A stretch of DNA of 64,000 nucleotides from Octopus sinensis (taxonomy: Eukaryota). Both the position numbers and the translations under genes were made by a program. Positions within the stretch are counted from its first letter, which is position 1. Each line of letters starts with the position of its first letter. The notes below the pieces were generated by a model. The model was not told the origin of the DNA. It was given only the letters and a program-made list of their open reading frames with translations, and ran no database searches. Shown here in pieces: positions 63,971 through 64,000 of this stretch. Location: positions 15,252,001-15,316,000 of the forward strand of contig NC_042999.1 of the NCBI RefSeq assembly GCF_006345805.1, written 5' to 3'.

Positions 63971-64000
63971 ATATATGTGCATATATTTCTATATATCTAT

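Overview
AT-rich eukaryotic intergenic or intronic DNA. The SINE families and the dense (TA)n/(TACA)n/(TATC)n/(CA)n tracts suggest an octopod cephalopod (Octopus-like); this is inference from repeat content. I found no intact protein-coding gene, tRNA, rRNA or CRISPR array. Most listed ORFs are microsatellite artefacts, and the rest are decayed transposons. DNA transposons: Tigger/pogo, Merlin (IS1595-like), mariner and Tc1, plus hAT, piggyBac and Merlin MITEs. Retroelements: CR1, RTE, CRE-like and R4/Dong-like LINEs, a Penelope-like (PLE) reverse-transcriptase relic, and several SINE families. The main unexplained signal is about 10 hammerhead-ribozyme (HHR) motifs from at least 6 unrelated sequence families, mostly in short non-coding elements beside (TA)n tracts. 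Two type I HHRs in direct repeat, 509 bp apart (12.36 and 12.87 kb), form a retrozyme-like unit. Other motifs have enlarged helix II domains, a recurrent A6U core variant, or an inverted pLTR-like arrangement. All folds were paired by eye, activity is untested, and boundaries are approximate unless a TSD is quoted.
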